Assembly (NCBI GenBank): GCA_943328505.2
Contig: CALQAH020000006.1
Coordinates: 255 to 64,254 of the forward strand
DNA length: 64,000 nt
Origin: Rhizobium sp. Q54
GTDB taxonomy: Bacteria; Bacteroidota; Bacteroidia; Flavobacteriales; Flavobacteriaceae
Direction: 5' to 3'
Below the pieces are notes generated by a model. That model had not been told where the DNA came from, ran no database searches, and saw only the letters and a program-made list of their open reading frames with translations. Each line of letters starts with the position of its first letter. Position 1 is the first letter of the stretch. The translations under genes and the position numbers were made by a program. Positions 28,734 to 39,337 of this stretch are shown here, piece by piece.

Positions 28734-29390
28734 TTACGATTCATTATAATAACGTTGCTCTATTCGTTTAATATCTTTAATTGAATTCTTGGCCCATGCC
28801 ATGCGCTTTTCCAAAATTTCTTCTTCGGTTAATTGCCATTTAATATTTGAATTCCGTAATCGTTGCATCAAATTTTGAATAATAATTGCAGCCGAAACGG
28901 AAATATTCAAACTCTCTGTAAAACCAACCATTGGGATTTTTAAAAATCCATCGGCTACTTTCAATACGTCATCCGATAATCCATCTCTTTCGGTCCCGAA
29001 AAATAAGGCGCTAGGTTTGGAAATATCAAAATCATCCAACAAACAATCATTTTCATGAGGTGTTGTAGCAATAATTTGATAGCCTTTAGCTTTTAAAGAA
29101 TTTACACACTCCGTTACGGTTTCAAACGAATTAATATCGACCCACTTTTGTGCGCCCATAGCAATTTCTTTATCAATACTTTTACCGTAACGCTGCTCTA
29201 TAACATTCAATTCCTGAATTCCAAAAACCTCGCAACTACGCATCACCGCACTAGTATTGTGTAGTTGAAAAATATCTTCCACTGCAATGGTAAAATGCTT
29301 GGTACGATTTTCCAATACTTTTTGAAATCGTTCTTTTCGATTCTCAGTGAGTATGTTTTCTAAAAAAGCTAAATAATCTAAATCGACCAT
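28734..29390 (-). CDS. trmH: SpoU/TrmH-family tRNA/rRNA 2'-O-methyltransferase
   Basis: HNTSAVMRSCEVFGIQ, LFFGTERDGLS and IPMVGFTESLNISVSAAI motifs. Start MVDLDY (29390) is preferred over the listed 29441, but this is uncertain. Confidence 0.75.
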   Translation of the reverse strand: MVDLDYLAFLENILTENRKERFQKVLENRTKHFTIAVEDIFQLHNTSAVMRSCEVFGIQELNVIEQRYGKSIDKEIAMGAQKWVDINSFETVTECVNSLKAKGYQIIATTPHENDCLLDDFDISKPSALFFGTERDGLSDDVLKVADGFLKIPMVGFTESLNISVSAAIIIQNLMQRLRNSNIKWQLTEEEILEKRMAWAKNSIKDIKRIEQRYYNES

Positions 29391-29489
29391 TTTATAAATA
29401 TCATTTGGTAAAAATACTAACATTTTTTGCCACGAATTCACTAATTTTAACTTTTATGTTAATTGAATCAATTTATGAATTTGTTGTAA

Positions 29490-30179
29490 ATGAAAAAAAA
29501 ATTAGTGGTTCTCACAGGCGCAGGAATTTCAGCCGAAAGCGGTATCAAAACCTTTCGAGATAGCGATGGACTTTGGGAAGGTCATAATGTGAACGATGTA
29601 GCAACTCCAGAAGGTTTTAAAAGAAACCCATCATTAGTTTTAGAATTTTACAACCAAAGACGCAGGCAATTACTAACTGTAAAACCCAATTTTGGTCATG
29701 AAACTTTGGTAACTTTAGAAAAGGATTTCGATGTTCAAATCATTACTCAAAACGTGGACAACCTTCATGAAATAGCTGGTAGTAAAAAAGTATTGCATCT
29801 GCATGGCGAGTTATTAAAAGTAAGAAGTACACAAAATGAAAACGCAATCCTCGATTGGACCTCTGACTTACATCTCGGCGATTTTGACAACAACGGAAAT
29901 CAATTGCGTCCTCACATTGTTTGGTTTGGAGAAGCCGTTCCAGCTTTGGACGAGGCCATTTCAATAGTAGAACAAGCTGATTTTTTTGCTGTAATTGGAA
30001 CTTCTTTACAAGTTTATCCCGCTTCAGGATTATTGCATTATACCCAAAGAAATGTACCTATTTATTATATCGATCCAAAACCAGCAACAATCTATGACTT
30101 GCAAAATCCATTAGAAATTATTGCTTTAAATGCAACTGAAGGCGTTCCCTATTTAATGCAAAAGTTATTACATTTATGA
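29490..30179 (+). CDS. cobB: Sir2-family NAD-dependent protein deacylase (CobB-like), cysteine-free
   Basis: [21 protein letters not shown] and LHGE motifs. The 229-aa product has no Cys anywhere. Confidence 0.85.
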   Translation: MKKKLVVLTGAGISAESGIKTFRDSDGLWEGHNVNDVATPEGFKRNPSLVLEFYNQRRRQLLTVKPNFGHETLVTLEKDFDVQIITQNVDNLHEIAGSKKVLHLHGELLKVRSTQNENAILDWTSDLHLGDFDNNGNQLRPHIVWFGEAVPALDEAISIVEQADFFAVIGTSLQVYPASGLLHYTQRNVPIYYIDPKPATIYDLQNPLEIIALNATEGVPYLMQKLLHL

Positions 30180-30189
30180 TTAAAAAAAC

Positions 30190-30217
30190 TGAACACGAAA
30201 CACGAAACACTGAACAC
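30190..30217. repeat. Four tandem heptamers TGAACAC GAAACAC GAAACAC TGAACAC
   Basis: Read directly. Lies just after the cobB stop and 8 nt before the purB -7 box. Confidence 0.8.
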
Positions 30218-30224
30218 TATTCCT

Positions 30225-30232
30225 TATTTTTG
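30225..30232 (+). promoter_or_regulatory. -7 box TATTTTTG upstream of purB
   Basis: Matches TAnnTTTG, 44 nt before the ATG. Confidence 0.5.
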
Positions 30233-30276
30233 CATCACTAAGATTTTGAAACCAATTCAAAATAAACAACACAACA

Positions 30277-31623
30277 ATGACTACGTTAAACGAATTAAAC
30301 GCTGTTTCCCCAATAGACGGAAGATACAGAAGTAAAACAATTTCACTTTCCAACTATTTTTCGGAAGAAGCCTTGATAAAGTATCGTGTGCTTGTTGAAA
30401 TCGAATATTTTATTGCACTTTGTGAGATTCCATTACCTCAACTTGCAACTGTAAACCCAAACGTTTTTGAAAGTTTACGCAACATCTATAAAAATTTCTC
30501 AACCCAAGATGCACTTTGGATTAAAGAAACCGAAAAAATTACCAATCACGATGTAAAAGCCGTGGAATATTTTATAAAAGACGCTTTTGAAAAATTAGGG
30601 TTATCTAAATTCAAAGAGTTTATTCACTTTGGTTTAACGTCACAAGATATCAATAACACCGCTATTCCGCTTTCTACTAAAGAAGCTTTTGAAAAAGTGT
30701 ACATGCAATCGTTGATTGCCTTAACCTCAAAATTGAAAGATTTAAGTATTGAATGGCGTGATGTTCCTATGTTGGCAAGAACTCACGGTCAACCCGCTTC
30801 TCCAACACGATTAGGTAAGGAAATTGGTGTTTTTGTAGAACGTCTTGAGGAACAAATGCGTTTGTTATTCAATATCCCGTTTGCAGCAAAATTTGGTGGC
30901 GCAACGGGTAATTACAATGCACATCATGTTGCCTATCCACAAATTGATTGGAGAAAATTTGGAAATGATTTTGTAGAAAGTACTTTAGGGTTGCATCACT
31001 CCTTCCCTACTACGCAAATAGAACATTACGATCATTTTGCCGCATTTTTTGATGCTTTAAAAAGAATCAATACCATTATCATCGATTTGGATAGAGACAT
31101 TTGGACGTATGTTTCAATGGAATATTTTAAACAAAAAATTAAAGCGGGTGAAATTGGTTCTTCGGCAATGCCACACAAAGTCAACCCCATTGATTTTGAA
31201 AACTCGGAAGGAAATTTGGGAATTGCCAATGCCATTTTTGAACATCTTTCAGCCAAATTACCTTTGTCAAGATTACAACGCGATTTGACGGACAGTACGG
31301 TTTTGAGGAACATTGGAGTTCCTTTTGGGCACACACTTATCGCCTTTGACGCTACTTTAAAAGGTTTGAATAAATTACTTTTAAACGAGCCAAAGTTTCA
31401 AGAAGATTTAGAGAAAAATTGGGCGGTTGTTGCTGAAGCAATTCAAACTATTTTAAGAAGAGAAGGGTATCCAAATCCCTACGAAGCTTTAAAGGGATTA
31501 ACCCGAACCAATACTGCCATTGACAAAAATGCCATTCATGGATTTATTGCCACCTTAGATGTTTCAGATGAAATTAAAGAAGAGTTATTACAAATTACAC
31601 CGAGTAATTTTTTAGGGATCTAA
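30277..31623 (+). CDS. purB: Adenylosuccinate lyase
   Basis: Fumarate-lyase signature GSSAMPHKVNP, 448 aa, typical PurB termini. Confidence 0.95.
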   Translation: MTTLNELNAVSPIDGRYRSKTISLSNYFSEEALIKYRVLVEIEYFIALCEIPLPQLATVNPNVFESLRNIYKNFSTQDALWIKETEKITNHDVKAVEYFIKDAFEKLGLSKFKEFIHFGLTSQDINNTAIPLSTKEAFEKVYMQSLIALTSKLKDLSIEWRDVPMLARTHGQPASPTRLGKEIGVFVERLEEQMRLLFNIPFAAKFGGATGNYNAHHVAYPQIDWRKFGNDFVESTLGLHHSFPTTQIEHYDHFAAFFDALKRINTIIIDLDRDIWTYVSMEYFKQKIKAGEIGSSAMPHKVNPIDFENSEGNLGIANAIFEHLSAKLPLSRLQRDLTDSTVLRNIGVPFGHTLIAFDATLKGLNKLLLNEPKFQEDLEKNWAVVAEAIQTILRREGYPNPYEALKGLTRTNTAIDKNAIHGFIATLDVSDEIKEELLQITPSNFLGI

Positions 31624-31640
31624 TAATATATTTTTATTCA

Positions 31641-31675
31641 AAAAAGGGGCAAGAATAGAATCTCGCCCCTTTTTT
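31641..31675. terminator. Bidirectional rho-independent terminator (purB / guaB)
   Basis: GGGGCAAGA / TCTCGCCCC stem (one mismatch), AAAAA upstream and TTTTTT downstream. Confidence 0.8.
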
Positions 31676-31707
31676 GAATTTATGCTAGTATCGCTTTGTG
31701 GTAAAAC

Positions 31708-33180
31708 CTACCTCGAATAATTAGGAGCTTCTTTCGTTATCGTTACATTATGTGGATGACTTTCGTTGATACCACTCGCCGTGATACGGACAAAACGACC
31801 TGTTTCTTGTAAAGTCGGAATGTCTTTGGATCCACAGTAACCCATTCCAGCTCTAAGTCCACCAACAAATTGTTGCATGCTTTCGTTCAATTCTCCTTTG
31901 TATGGAACTCGACCTACAATGCCTTCTGGAACTAATTTTTTAATATCGTCTTCCACATCTTGGAAATAACGGTCTTTTGAACCATCTTCCATTGCTTCAA
32001 TAGAACCCATTCCTCGGTAGGATTTGAATTTTCTTCCTTCAAAAATGATGGTTTCTCCTGGAGATTCTTTGGTTCCGGCTAAAAGTGAACCTAGCATAAC
32101 GCTATCAGCACCTGCTGCAATAGCTTTTGGAATATCTCCAGTATATCGAATACCTCCATCGGCAATTACTGGAACTCCAGTTCCTTTTAAAGCTGCGGCG
32201 ACTTCCAACACGGCAGAAAATTGAGGAAAACCAACTCCCGCAACAACTCTTGTAGTACAAATAGAACCCGGTCCAATACCCACTTTCACGCCATCGGCAC
32301 CATTTTCAACTAAATATATAGCGGCTTCTGGCGTGGCTATATTTCCAACAATAACATCTAAATTTGGAAATTTTGATTTTACTTCTTTCAAAACATCAAC
32401 AACGCCTTTGGTATGTCCGTGAGCGGTATCTATAATTACTGCGTCAACACCAGCATTTACCAATGCTGTTGCTCTATCTAGTGCGTCAGCAGTTACACCA
32501 ATGGCAGCTGCAACACGCAAACGACCAAAACGGTCTTTATTGGCATTTGGTTTTTGAGTTAGTTTGGTAATGTCTCTAAAAGTGATTAAGCCCACTAGTT
32601 TATATGTACTATCGACTACCGGTAGTTTTTCGATTTTATTTTGTTGTAAAATACCTTCTGCTTCTTGCAAAGTAGTTCCAACAGCAGCAGTAACTAGGTT
32701 TTTTGAAGTCATTACTTCAACAATGGAACGCGCATTTATTTTTTCGAAACGCAAATCACGGTTTGTGGCAATCCCTTTTAATATTCCATTTTCATCCACT
32801 ACAGGAATTCCTCCAATGCCGTGTTCTTTCATCAAAAATTTTGCATCGCCAACAGTTGCGTTTAATGGCAAAGTAACAGGATCGATAATCATTCCGCTTT
32901 CGGCTCGTTTTACTCTACGTACTTTGGCAGCTTGTTGCTCGATGGTCATGTTCTTATGCAAAACGCCAATGCCACCTTCTTGAGCCATTGCAATTGCCAT
33001 AGCACTTTCGGTAACGGTGTCCATTGCTGCGGAAACAATAGGAACATTCAGCGTAATATTTTTTGAAAATTTGGATTGGATACTTACTTCTCGCGGAAGG
33101 ATGTTGGAATAATTTGGAACTAATAATACGTCATCGTATGTTAATCCTTCGCCGATAATCTTAATGTTGTGTGCAATCAT
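31708..33180 (-). CDS. guaB: IMP dehydrogenase
   Basis: CBS pair and catalytic loop [11 protein letters not shown], 490 aa. Confidence 0.97.
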   Translation of the reverse strand: MIAHNIKIIGEGLTYDDVLLVPNYSNILPREVSIQSKFSKNITLNVPIVSAAMDTVTESAMAIAMAQEGGIGVLHKNMTIEQQAAKVRRVKRAESGMIIDPVTLPLNATVGDAKFLMKEHGIGGIPVVDENGILKGIATNRDLRFEKINARSIVEVMTSKNLVTAAVGTTLQEAEGILQQNKIEKLPVVDSTYKLVGLITFRDITKLTQKPNANKDRFGRLRVAAAIGVTADALDRATALVNAGVDAVIIDTAHGHTKGVVDVLKEVKSKFPNLDVIVGNIATPEAAIYLVENGADGVKVGIGPGSICTTRVVAGVGFPQFSAVLEVAAALKGTGVPVIADGGIRYTGDIPKAIAAGADSVMLGSLLAGTKESPGETIIFEGRKFKSYRGMGSIEAMEDGSKDRYFQDVEDDIKKLVPEGIVGRVPYKGELNESMQQFVGGLRAGMGYCGSKDIPTLQETGRFVRITASGINESHPHNVTITKEAPNYSR

Positions 33181-33210
33181 TGCAATTTGTAGTTGTAGTT
33201 AAATTGCAGG

Positions 33211-33218
33211 CAAATATA
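33211..33218 (-). promoter_or_regulatory. -7 box TATATTTG upstream of guaB
   Basis: Reverse complement of caaatata, 30 nt before ATG 33180. Confidence 0.5.
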
Positions 33219-33294
33219 TGAAAAAGTGTGTAGTATTTGGCAATTAGTTTTCAGTTTTTGTGTTTAAGACAAAATGTTATTTTGACTACTGAAA

Positions 33295-33437
33295 TAGCCC
33301 AGATAGTAATGGAAAGCTTTTTGAAAGGGAAAACTAATTTTTGTTGCTGTAAAAAAGCGACCAAAGGAAGCACTTTTTAGGACGTACAAAAATAGTTTGA
33401 ACTAAAAAAACTTGGAATGGAAAGCTGGAAATGGCTA
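33295..33437. repeat. Structured intergenic repeat element, copy 1
   Basis: The 24-nt box TAGCCCAGATAGTAATGGAAAGCT matches 47638-47661 at 18/24. A GCTTTTT...AAAAAGC hairpin follows. AATGGAAAGCT occurs twice (33308-33318 and 33416-33426). Confidence 0.6.
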
Positions 33438-34301
33438 CTAATGAAACTCCCCGAAAAGCTTCGTTGCTTCGTTGTATGCACTTTCAAAACTCAGAGGACT
33501 TGCAATAGTATTTGTTTGTGCCGCTGTGAAATAGGACAACATTTTTTCGGTGGGCATGTTGCCAGTTAGATCGTCTTTTGCCATTGGACAACCACCAAAA
33601 CCTTGAATGGCGCCATCAAATCGACGGCATCCAGCTTTGTAGGCAGCATCAATTTTTTCATGCCATTTATCGGGTGTAGTATGCAAATGTGCACCAAATT
33701 CGACCAGTGGATATTTGGATATTAAATTGGAGAATAAATAGTCAATCCCATCGGGTGTTGAGCTACCAATAGTATCAGAAAGTGAAAGGATTTTTAAACC
33801 CATGTTGGCTAATTTTTCGGCCCACTCGCCTACTATTTCAACATTCCACGGATCGCCATAAGGGTTACCAAAACCCATAGAAATATAGGTCACCACTTCT
33901 TTATTGGAAGCCGTAGCGATGTCGAGAATTTCTTGTAAAGTGACTAAACTTTCGGCAATGGTTTTATGGGTATTTCGCATTTGAAAGTTCTCAGAAATAG
34001 AAAAGGGAAACCCTAAATATTGAATTGCGGCATGCTGAGAAGCCATTTGTGCACCTTGAGTATTGGCAATTATGGCTAAGAGTTTACTTGTTGTTTGTGA
34101 CAAATCCAATTGCGACAAAACTTCTGCAGTGTCTTGCATTTGCGGAATGGCCTTTGGGGAAACGAAACTACCAAAATCGATAGTGTCAAAACCTACTCGC
34201 AATAGCGATTGAATGTAAGCCACTTTCCTTTCAGTGGGGATAAAGGTTTTGATGCCTTGCATGGCATCGCGCGGACATTCTATAATTTTGATTGATTCCA
34301 T
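33438..34301 (-). CDS. Hydroxymethylglutaryl-CoA lyase (HMGL-like DRE-TIM)
   Basis: IIECPRDAMQG start and GAHLHTT, GGCPMA motifs, 287 aa. Confidence 0.85.
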   Translation of the reverse strand: MESIKIIECPRDAMQGIKTFIPTERKVAYIQSLLRVGFDTIDFGSFVSPKAIPQMQDTAEVLSQLDLSQTTSKLLAIIANTQGAQMASQHAAIQYLGFPFSISENFQMRNTHKTIAESLVTLQEILDIATASNKEVVTYISMGFGNPYGDPWNVEIVGEWAEKLANMGLKILSLSDTIGSSTPDGIDYLFSNLISKYPLVEFGAHLHTTPDKWHEKIDAAYKAGCRRFDGAIQGFGGCPMAKDDLTGNMPTEKMLSYFTAAQTNTIASPLSFESAYNEATKLFGEFH

Positions 34302-34349
34302 TGAAAGCCAAAGATATAAAAAAGTTTAGGAGTTAAAAAGTTTAGAAGT

Positions 34350-35372
34350 TTAAGTTCCAGCTTTTAAAATTGCTTTATTAATATCTTTTACCAATTTTGG
34401 TCCTTCATAAATAAATCCGGTGTACAATTGGATTAAACTCGCCCCAGCTTCCAATTTGTCCATAGCATCTTGAGCGGAATGTATGCCTCCAACTCCAATA
34501 ATTGGGAAAGCCTTATTGCTTTTTTGAGAAAGAAAACGAATCACTTCTGTGGAACGATTGGTCAATGGTTTTCCAGATAATCCTCCGGTTTCCGATTGAT
34601 TATCCGATTGTAATCCTTCACGAGAAATGGTGGTATTGGTAGCGATAACACCAGCAATTTTTGTAGTTGCAATAATATCGATAATGTCTAACAATTGTTC
34701 ATCCGTTAAATCGGGAGCGATTTTTAGTAGGATTGGTTTTGGATTTTGAGTTTTTAAATTTTTGCTTTGCAATGTGTTTAATAAAAATGTCAGTGGCTCT
34801 TTATCCTGAAGTTCACGCAGATTAGGCGTGTTTGGAGAACTTACATTGACTACAAAATAATCAACAAAATCATACAATGCATCAAAACAAATTTCGTAAT
34901 CTTTGGTCGCTTTATCATTGGGCGTTAGTTTGTTTTTACCTATGTTACCACCAATTAAAACACCATTATTTTGTTTTAATCTTTCGACAGCTTCCAAAAC
35001 ACCGCCATTATTAAAACCCATACGGTTGATAATTGCGGAATCTTCTTTGAGTCGGAATAGCCGTTTTTTAGGATTCCCATCTTGACCTACAGGTGTTAGG
35101 GTTCCAATTTCAATAAATCCGAAACCAAAATTTGAAAGCTCTTGATATAACTTGGCATCCTTATCAAAACCTGCTGCAAGACCTACAGGATTTTTGAAAG
35201 TTAATCCAAAAACTTTGGTTTCAAGGCGTTTGTCTTTTACCAAATATAAAGCTTGGAAAAGAGAAGAGACACCGGGTATTTTTGATAAAAATCGAATTAA
35301 TGAAAAAGTGAAATAATGAACTTCTTCAGGATCAAACCAAAAAAGAATTGGACGAATTATAAGTTTGTACAT
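34350..35372 (-). CDS. pyrD: Dihydroorotate dehydrogenase (quinone), class 2
   Basis: N-terminal membrane-association segment and [24 protein letters not shown] motifs. Confidence 0.95.
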   Translation of the reverse strand: MYKLIIRPILFWFDPEEVHYFTFSLIRFLSKIPGVSSLFQALYLVKDKRLETKVFGLTFKNPVGLAAGFDKDAKLYQELSNFGFGFIEIGTLTPVGQDGNPKKRLFRLKEDSAIINRMGFNNGGVLEAVERLKQNNGVLIGGNIGKNKLTPNDKATKDYEICFDALYDFVDYFVVNVSSPNTPNLRELQDKEPLTFLLNTLQSKNLKTQNPKPILLKIAPDLTDEQLLDIIDIIATTKIAGVIATNTTISREGLQSDNQSETGGLSGKPLTNRSTEVIRFLSQKSNKAFPIIGVGGIHSAQDAMDKLEAGASLIQLYTGFIYEGPKLVKDINKAILKAGT

Positions 35373-35565
35373 TTTTGAATTGTTACTTGCTACAAAAATA
35401 GTCTTATCTATTCAATTAGAAAATATTTAAAAAATAATTTAATTGAAAACTAACACAAAAAAATGACTGAAATAATTTTTTAAAAGTATGTTAAATCGAA
35501 GGGTTTATTTAAAAAAAATTGCAAATTTGTAAATCGCAATAATAATTTAAATTAAAGCACATCTA

Positions 35566-36984
35566 ATGATAAAATCATTCCTCACACTTTTATTGCTTTA
35601 TTTTGTTAGTATTGGTTTTGCACAAGAAAATTTACCAAATGATTATTTACCAAAAGAATTCCATATTGGCAGAAGAGAAGCTTTTAGAAACTTAATGCCA
35701 AGCAATTCGGTAGCTGTAGTTTTCTCGTATCCAGAAAGAAATTTTTCCAATGATGTAAGCTATGTATTCCATCAAAATCCAGATATGTATTATTTAACAG
35801 GTTATAAAGAACCTAATGCCGTAGTACTTATTTTTAAAGAAACTCAAAAAAATGGCGATGCTTACTACAATGAAGTAATTTTTGTAAGAGAACGTAATCC
35901 TGCAAGAGAAATCTGGACAGGAAGACGTTTAGGAGTTGAGGGTACAAAAACACAATTGGGTTTTACAGCTGTTTATAACGGTAGTGAATTTAAAAATTTC
36001 TCAATCGATTTTAAAAAGTTTGACAAAATTATTTATGATAAAATTCCAACAGATTTAAGAGACGACGCTACAGGTTTTGATCTTTTTGGATTATTAAAAA
36101 CGTTTAAAGAAAAAAATTCCTCAACAACAGATGAAGCCGATATTGCGCTTTTTCAAGAAATTACAAAAACGCTAAGAGAGATAAAAACTCCCGAAGAATT
36201 GGTATTAATGCGTAAATCCGTAAAATTATCTTGTGTTGCACATAACGAAGCTATGAAAGCCATCACTGCCAACTCGAGTGAGAGTGAAATTGATGGAATT
36301 CATCATTATGTTCATAGAAAATACGGAGCAGAAGATGAAGGTTATCCTGCTATTGTTGGTGCTGGAGCTAATGGTTGTATCTTACATTATGAAGAAAACA
36401 ACAATACAAAAATTGACAACCAATTGCTTTTGATGGATGTTGGCTCGGAATATCATGGTTATTCTGCCGATGTAACTCGAACTATTCCTGCCAATGGAAA
36501 ATTTACAGAAGTGCAAAAAGCTATTTACCAATTAGTATATGATGCTCAAGAGGAAGTTTTTAAAATTTGTAAAGAAGGAACTCCTTTTTCTGACTTGCAA
36601 AAGAAAGCGAAAGAATCCTTATTAAAAGGATTAATCAAATTAGGAATTGTTAAAGACGAAACCGAATTGCGAACGTATTATCCTCACGGTTGCTCCCATT
36701 TCTTAGGTTTGGATGTACACGACAAAGGTCATGGCGGCTCTGGACTTTTGAAAACCAATATGGTTATTACAGTTGAACCAGGGATTTATATTCCAGCCAA
36801 TAGCAAATGTGATAAAAAGTGGTGGAATATTGGCGTTCGTATTGAAGACGATATTGTTATTCAAAAAGATTCTTTCGAGAATTTGTCAGCTGAATCTCCA
36901 AGAAAATGGGAAGACATTGAAAAATTAATCGCTAAAAAAAGTAAATTTAACGAAATAGATTTACCTAAATTAGAAGTAAAATAA
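35566..36984 (+). CDS. pepP: Xaa-Pro aminopeptidase (M24B) with AMP_N domain, secreted
   Basis: Signal peptide. M24 metal-ligand regions DVGSEYHGYSADVTRT, HFLGLDVHD, TVEPGIY and RIEDD. Confidence 0.85.
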   Translation: MIKSFLTLLLLYFVSIGFAQENLPNDYLPKEFHIGRREAFRNLMPSNSVAVVFSYPERNFSNDVSYVFHQNPDMYYLTGYKEPNAVVLIFKETQKNGDAYYNEVIFVRERNPAREIWTGRRLGVEGTKTQLGFTAVYNGSEFKNFSIDFKKFDKIIYDKIPTDLRDDATGFDLFGLLKTFKEKNSSTTDEADIALFQEITKTLREIKTPEELVLMRKSVKLSCVAHNEAMKAITANSSESEIDGIHHYVHRKYGAEDEGYPAIVGAGANGCILHYEENNNTKIDNQLLLMDVGSEYHGYSADVTRTIPANGKFTEVQKAIYQLVYDAQEEVFKICKEGTPFSDLQKKAKESLLKGLIKLGIVKDETELRTYYPHGCSHFLGLDVHDKGHGGSGLLKTNMVITVEPGIYIPANSKCDKKWWNIGVRIEDDIVIQKDSFENLSAESPRKWEDIEKLIAKKSKFNEIDLPKLEVK

Positions 36985-36999
36985 TAAAACAACAACACA

Positions 37000-38268
37000 A
37001 TGCAACACATTATAGATCGCTTTATTAGTTATGTAACCATCGATACCGAATCCGATGCAAATTCCGAAACAACACCTAGTACAAAAAAACAATTGGTTTT
37101 GGCCAACTTGTTAGTCAAAGAACTTAAATCTATTGGTTTAACCGACGTAACTATTGACAAAAATGGTTATGTGATGGGAACGTTGGAGAGCAATGTTGAG
37201 CATCACGTACCCACAATTGGATTTGTTTCACATTATGACACCACTCCAGATTTTACAGGCAAAGATGTAAAACCACAAATAATTAAAAATTATGATGGAG
37301 GTGATATTGTTTTGAATAAAGAACAAAATATCGTGTTGTCACCAAGCTATTTTAAAGATTTATTGCTTTACAAAGGACAAACATTAATTACAACCAACGG
37401 TTTGACTTTGCTTGGCGCTGATGATAAAGCAGGTTTAACAGAGATTGTTACTGCTATGGAATACATGGTTAAAAATCCACAAATCAAACACGGGAAAATT
37501 AGAGTTGGATTTACACCCGATGAAGAAATTGGTCGTGGTGCCGATTTATTTGATGTGAAAAAATTTGGAGCCGAATGGGCCTATACAATGGACGGTAGCG
37601 AAATCGGAGAATTGGAATATGAAAATTTTAATGCTGCTGGAGTCAAAATCACTTTCAAAGGAAAAAGTGTTCATCCTGGTTATGCCAAAGGAAAAATGAT
37701 TAATTCCATGTTAATTGCTAATGATTTTATAAGCGAATTACCAAAAAGTGAAACCCCACAAGAGACTAAAGGTTACGAAGGATTTTTTCATGTAACACAA
37801 CTTTCCGGAAGTATTGAAGAAACTAAACTAGAACTTATTATTCGTGATTTCGACGCTAAAAAATTCAAAAAACGCAAAGATTTTATAAAAGATATTACCA
37901 AAAAATTCAATAAAAAATTCGCAAAACAATTTGGGGAAGATATTGTCATTACAGAAATGAAAGATCAGTATTACAACATGAAAGAAAAGGTGGAACCCGT
38001 AAAATTTATTGTTGAATTAGCGGAAAAAGCCATGAAACAATTGGGCATAAAACCATTAATTAAACCTATTCGTGGTGGAACCGATGGATGCCGATTGTCC
38101 TATATGGGATTGCCTTGTCCTAACATTTTTGCTGGTGGGCATAACTTCCATGGTAAGTATGAATACGTCCCTGTGGAAAGTATCCAAAAAGCCATTGATG
38201 TAATTATTAAAATTGCTGAATTAACAGCAACAACAGATTTCTCAAAAAAGAAAAATAAGAAGAAATAG
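37000..38268 (+). CDS. pepT: Peptidase T (tripeptide aminopeptidase, M20B)
   Basis: [12 protein letters not shown] start and SHYDT, GADDKAG, PDEEIG motifs. Lys-rich C-terminal tail KKKNKKK. Confidence 0.9.
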   Translation: MQHIIDRFISYVTIDTESDANSETTPSTKKQLVLANLLVKELKSIGLTDVTIDKNGYVMGTLESNVEHHVPTIGFVSHYDTTPDFTGKDVKPQIIKNYDGGDIVLNKEQNIVLSPSYFKDLLLYKGQTLITTNGLTLLGADDKAGLTEIVTAMEYMVKNPQIKHGKIRVGFTPDEEIGRGADLFDVKKFGAEWAYTMDGSEIGELEYENFNAAGVKITFKGKSVHPGYAKGKMINSMLIANDFISELPKSETPQETKGYEGFFHVTQLSGSIEETKLELIIRDFDAKKFKKRKDFIKDITKKFNKKFAKQFGEDIVITEMKDQYYNMKEKVEPVKFIVELAEKAMKQLGIKPLIKPIRGGTDGCRLSYMGLPCPNIFAGGHNFHGKYEYVPVESIQKAIDVIIKIAELTATTDFSKKKNKKK

Positions 38269-38400
38269 GTTCATTAATGGCAGAAAAAAAGTTGGAATAA
38301 AATCAATCAATGGGTTGAAGAACTCGGACTTTTAAAAACTATCATCCAAAAAACAGAATTGGTTGAAACGACAAATTCAAATTTAAATAACCCGACCATA

Positions 38401-39282
38401 ATGCCAAACTTTATTTCTAAACTTATTATCCTAACCAAAAGAAATAAAGTCAAATCATTTTTCTTTATTTTAACCTGTAGCTATTTGCTTTTTTGTCAAT
38501 CGTGTATGACAATGCGGATGAGCAAAAAAGAAACTAAATCATTTTTCGCAAGCACAAAAACAAAATACATTGAGGATTCAAAAAAAATTGAAGAATATAA
38601 CATTCATTATGTTGAAACTGGGAATAAAAATGCATCAACTTTATTTTTCGTTCATGGTTCGCCAGGAAGTTGGGATGCTTATAAAGAGTATTTAAAAGAC
38701 ACTTTATTACTATCCAAATATAGATTAATTGCTATTGATCGGATTGGTTTTGGGTTTAGCAATTTTGGAAAAGCAACCAACCTAAAAACTCAAGCAGCTA
38801 TTATCGAAAAATTTGTTGGTTTGATCTCTAATGGAAAACCACTTTATTTAATTGGACATTCCATGGGTGGACCCGTAATTGTTCAAATGGCAGTTGATAA
38901 ACCTCAACTGTATAAACAATTGATAATTCTTTCTGGTGCTATTGATCCAAAAGCAGAAGAACCTGAAAATTGGCGTGCAATAATCAAAGTAAAGCCAATC
39001 CGATATATTATCCCTGGAGCTTTACGTACCTCGAATGATGAACTTTATTGGCTCAAAGAAGATTTGTTTTTAATGAAACCTCAGCTTAAAAAAATCACTT
39101 CAAAAATAACCATTATTCACGGAACTAAGGATCAACTCGTGCCTTTTAGCAATGTAGCTTTTATGAGAAGAGAGTTTGTAAATGCAAAATCTCTTGAAAT
39201 TATTCCAATTGAAAACGCCAACCATTTTATCCCTTGGGAACATTTTGATTTAATAAGAGATGTATTGTTTAAGCTAGAATAG
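38401..39282 (+). CDS. Alpha/beta hydrolase
   Basis: FVHGSPGSW and nucleophile elbow GHSMGG with an N-terminal hydrophobic anchor. ATG 38401 is preferred over the listed TTG 38359. Confidence 0.75.
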   Translation: MPNFISKLIILTKRNKVKSFFFILTCSYLLFCQSCMTMRMSKKETKSFFASTKTKYIEDSKKIEEYNIHYVETGNKNASTLFFVHGSPGSWDAYKEYLKDTLLLSKYRLIAIDRIGFGFSNFGKATNLKTQAAIIEKFVGLISNGKPLYLIGHSMGGPVIVQMAVDKPQLYKQLIILSGAIDPKAEEPENWRAIIKVKPIRYIIPGALRTSNDELYWLKEDLFLMKPQLKKITSKITIIHGTKDQLVPFSNVAFMRREFVNAKSLEIIPIENANHFIPWEHFDLIRDVLFKLE

Positions 39283-39286
39283 AATC

Positions 39287-39326
39287 AAAAAATCCCATCT
39301 TGTTAAAAGATGGGATTTTATTTTTT
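39287..39326. terminator. Bidirectional rho-independent terminator (hydrolase / yajC)
   Basis: AAATCCCATCT / AGATGGGATTT stem with a 7-nt loop and flanking A and T runs. Confidence 0.85.
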
Positions 39327-39337
39327 AAAAAGAAAAA

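Noticed and set aside
32564-32983. 139-aa plus-strand ORF (and the one at 32024-32224) inside guaB
   Set aside because: It is antisense to the highly conserved IMP dehydrogenase gene, with no motifs and no start context.
33181-33208. Hairpin TGCAATTT-gtagttgtagtt-AAATTGCA in the guaB 5' region as a riboswitch or attenuator
   Set aside because: It is a short A/T-rich stem overlapping the predicted transcription start, and no conserved riboswitch core is recognisable. It is noted only as a possible 5' UTR structure.
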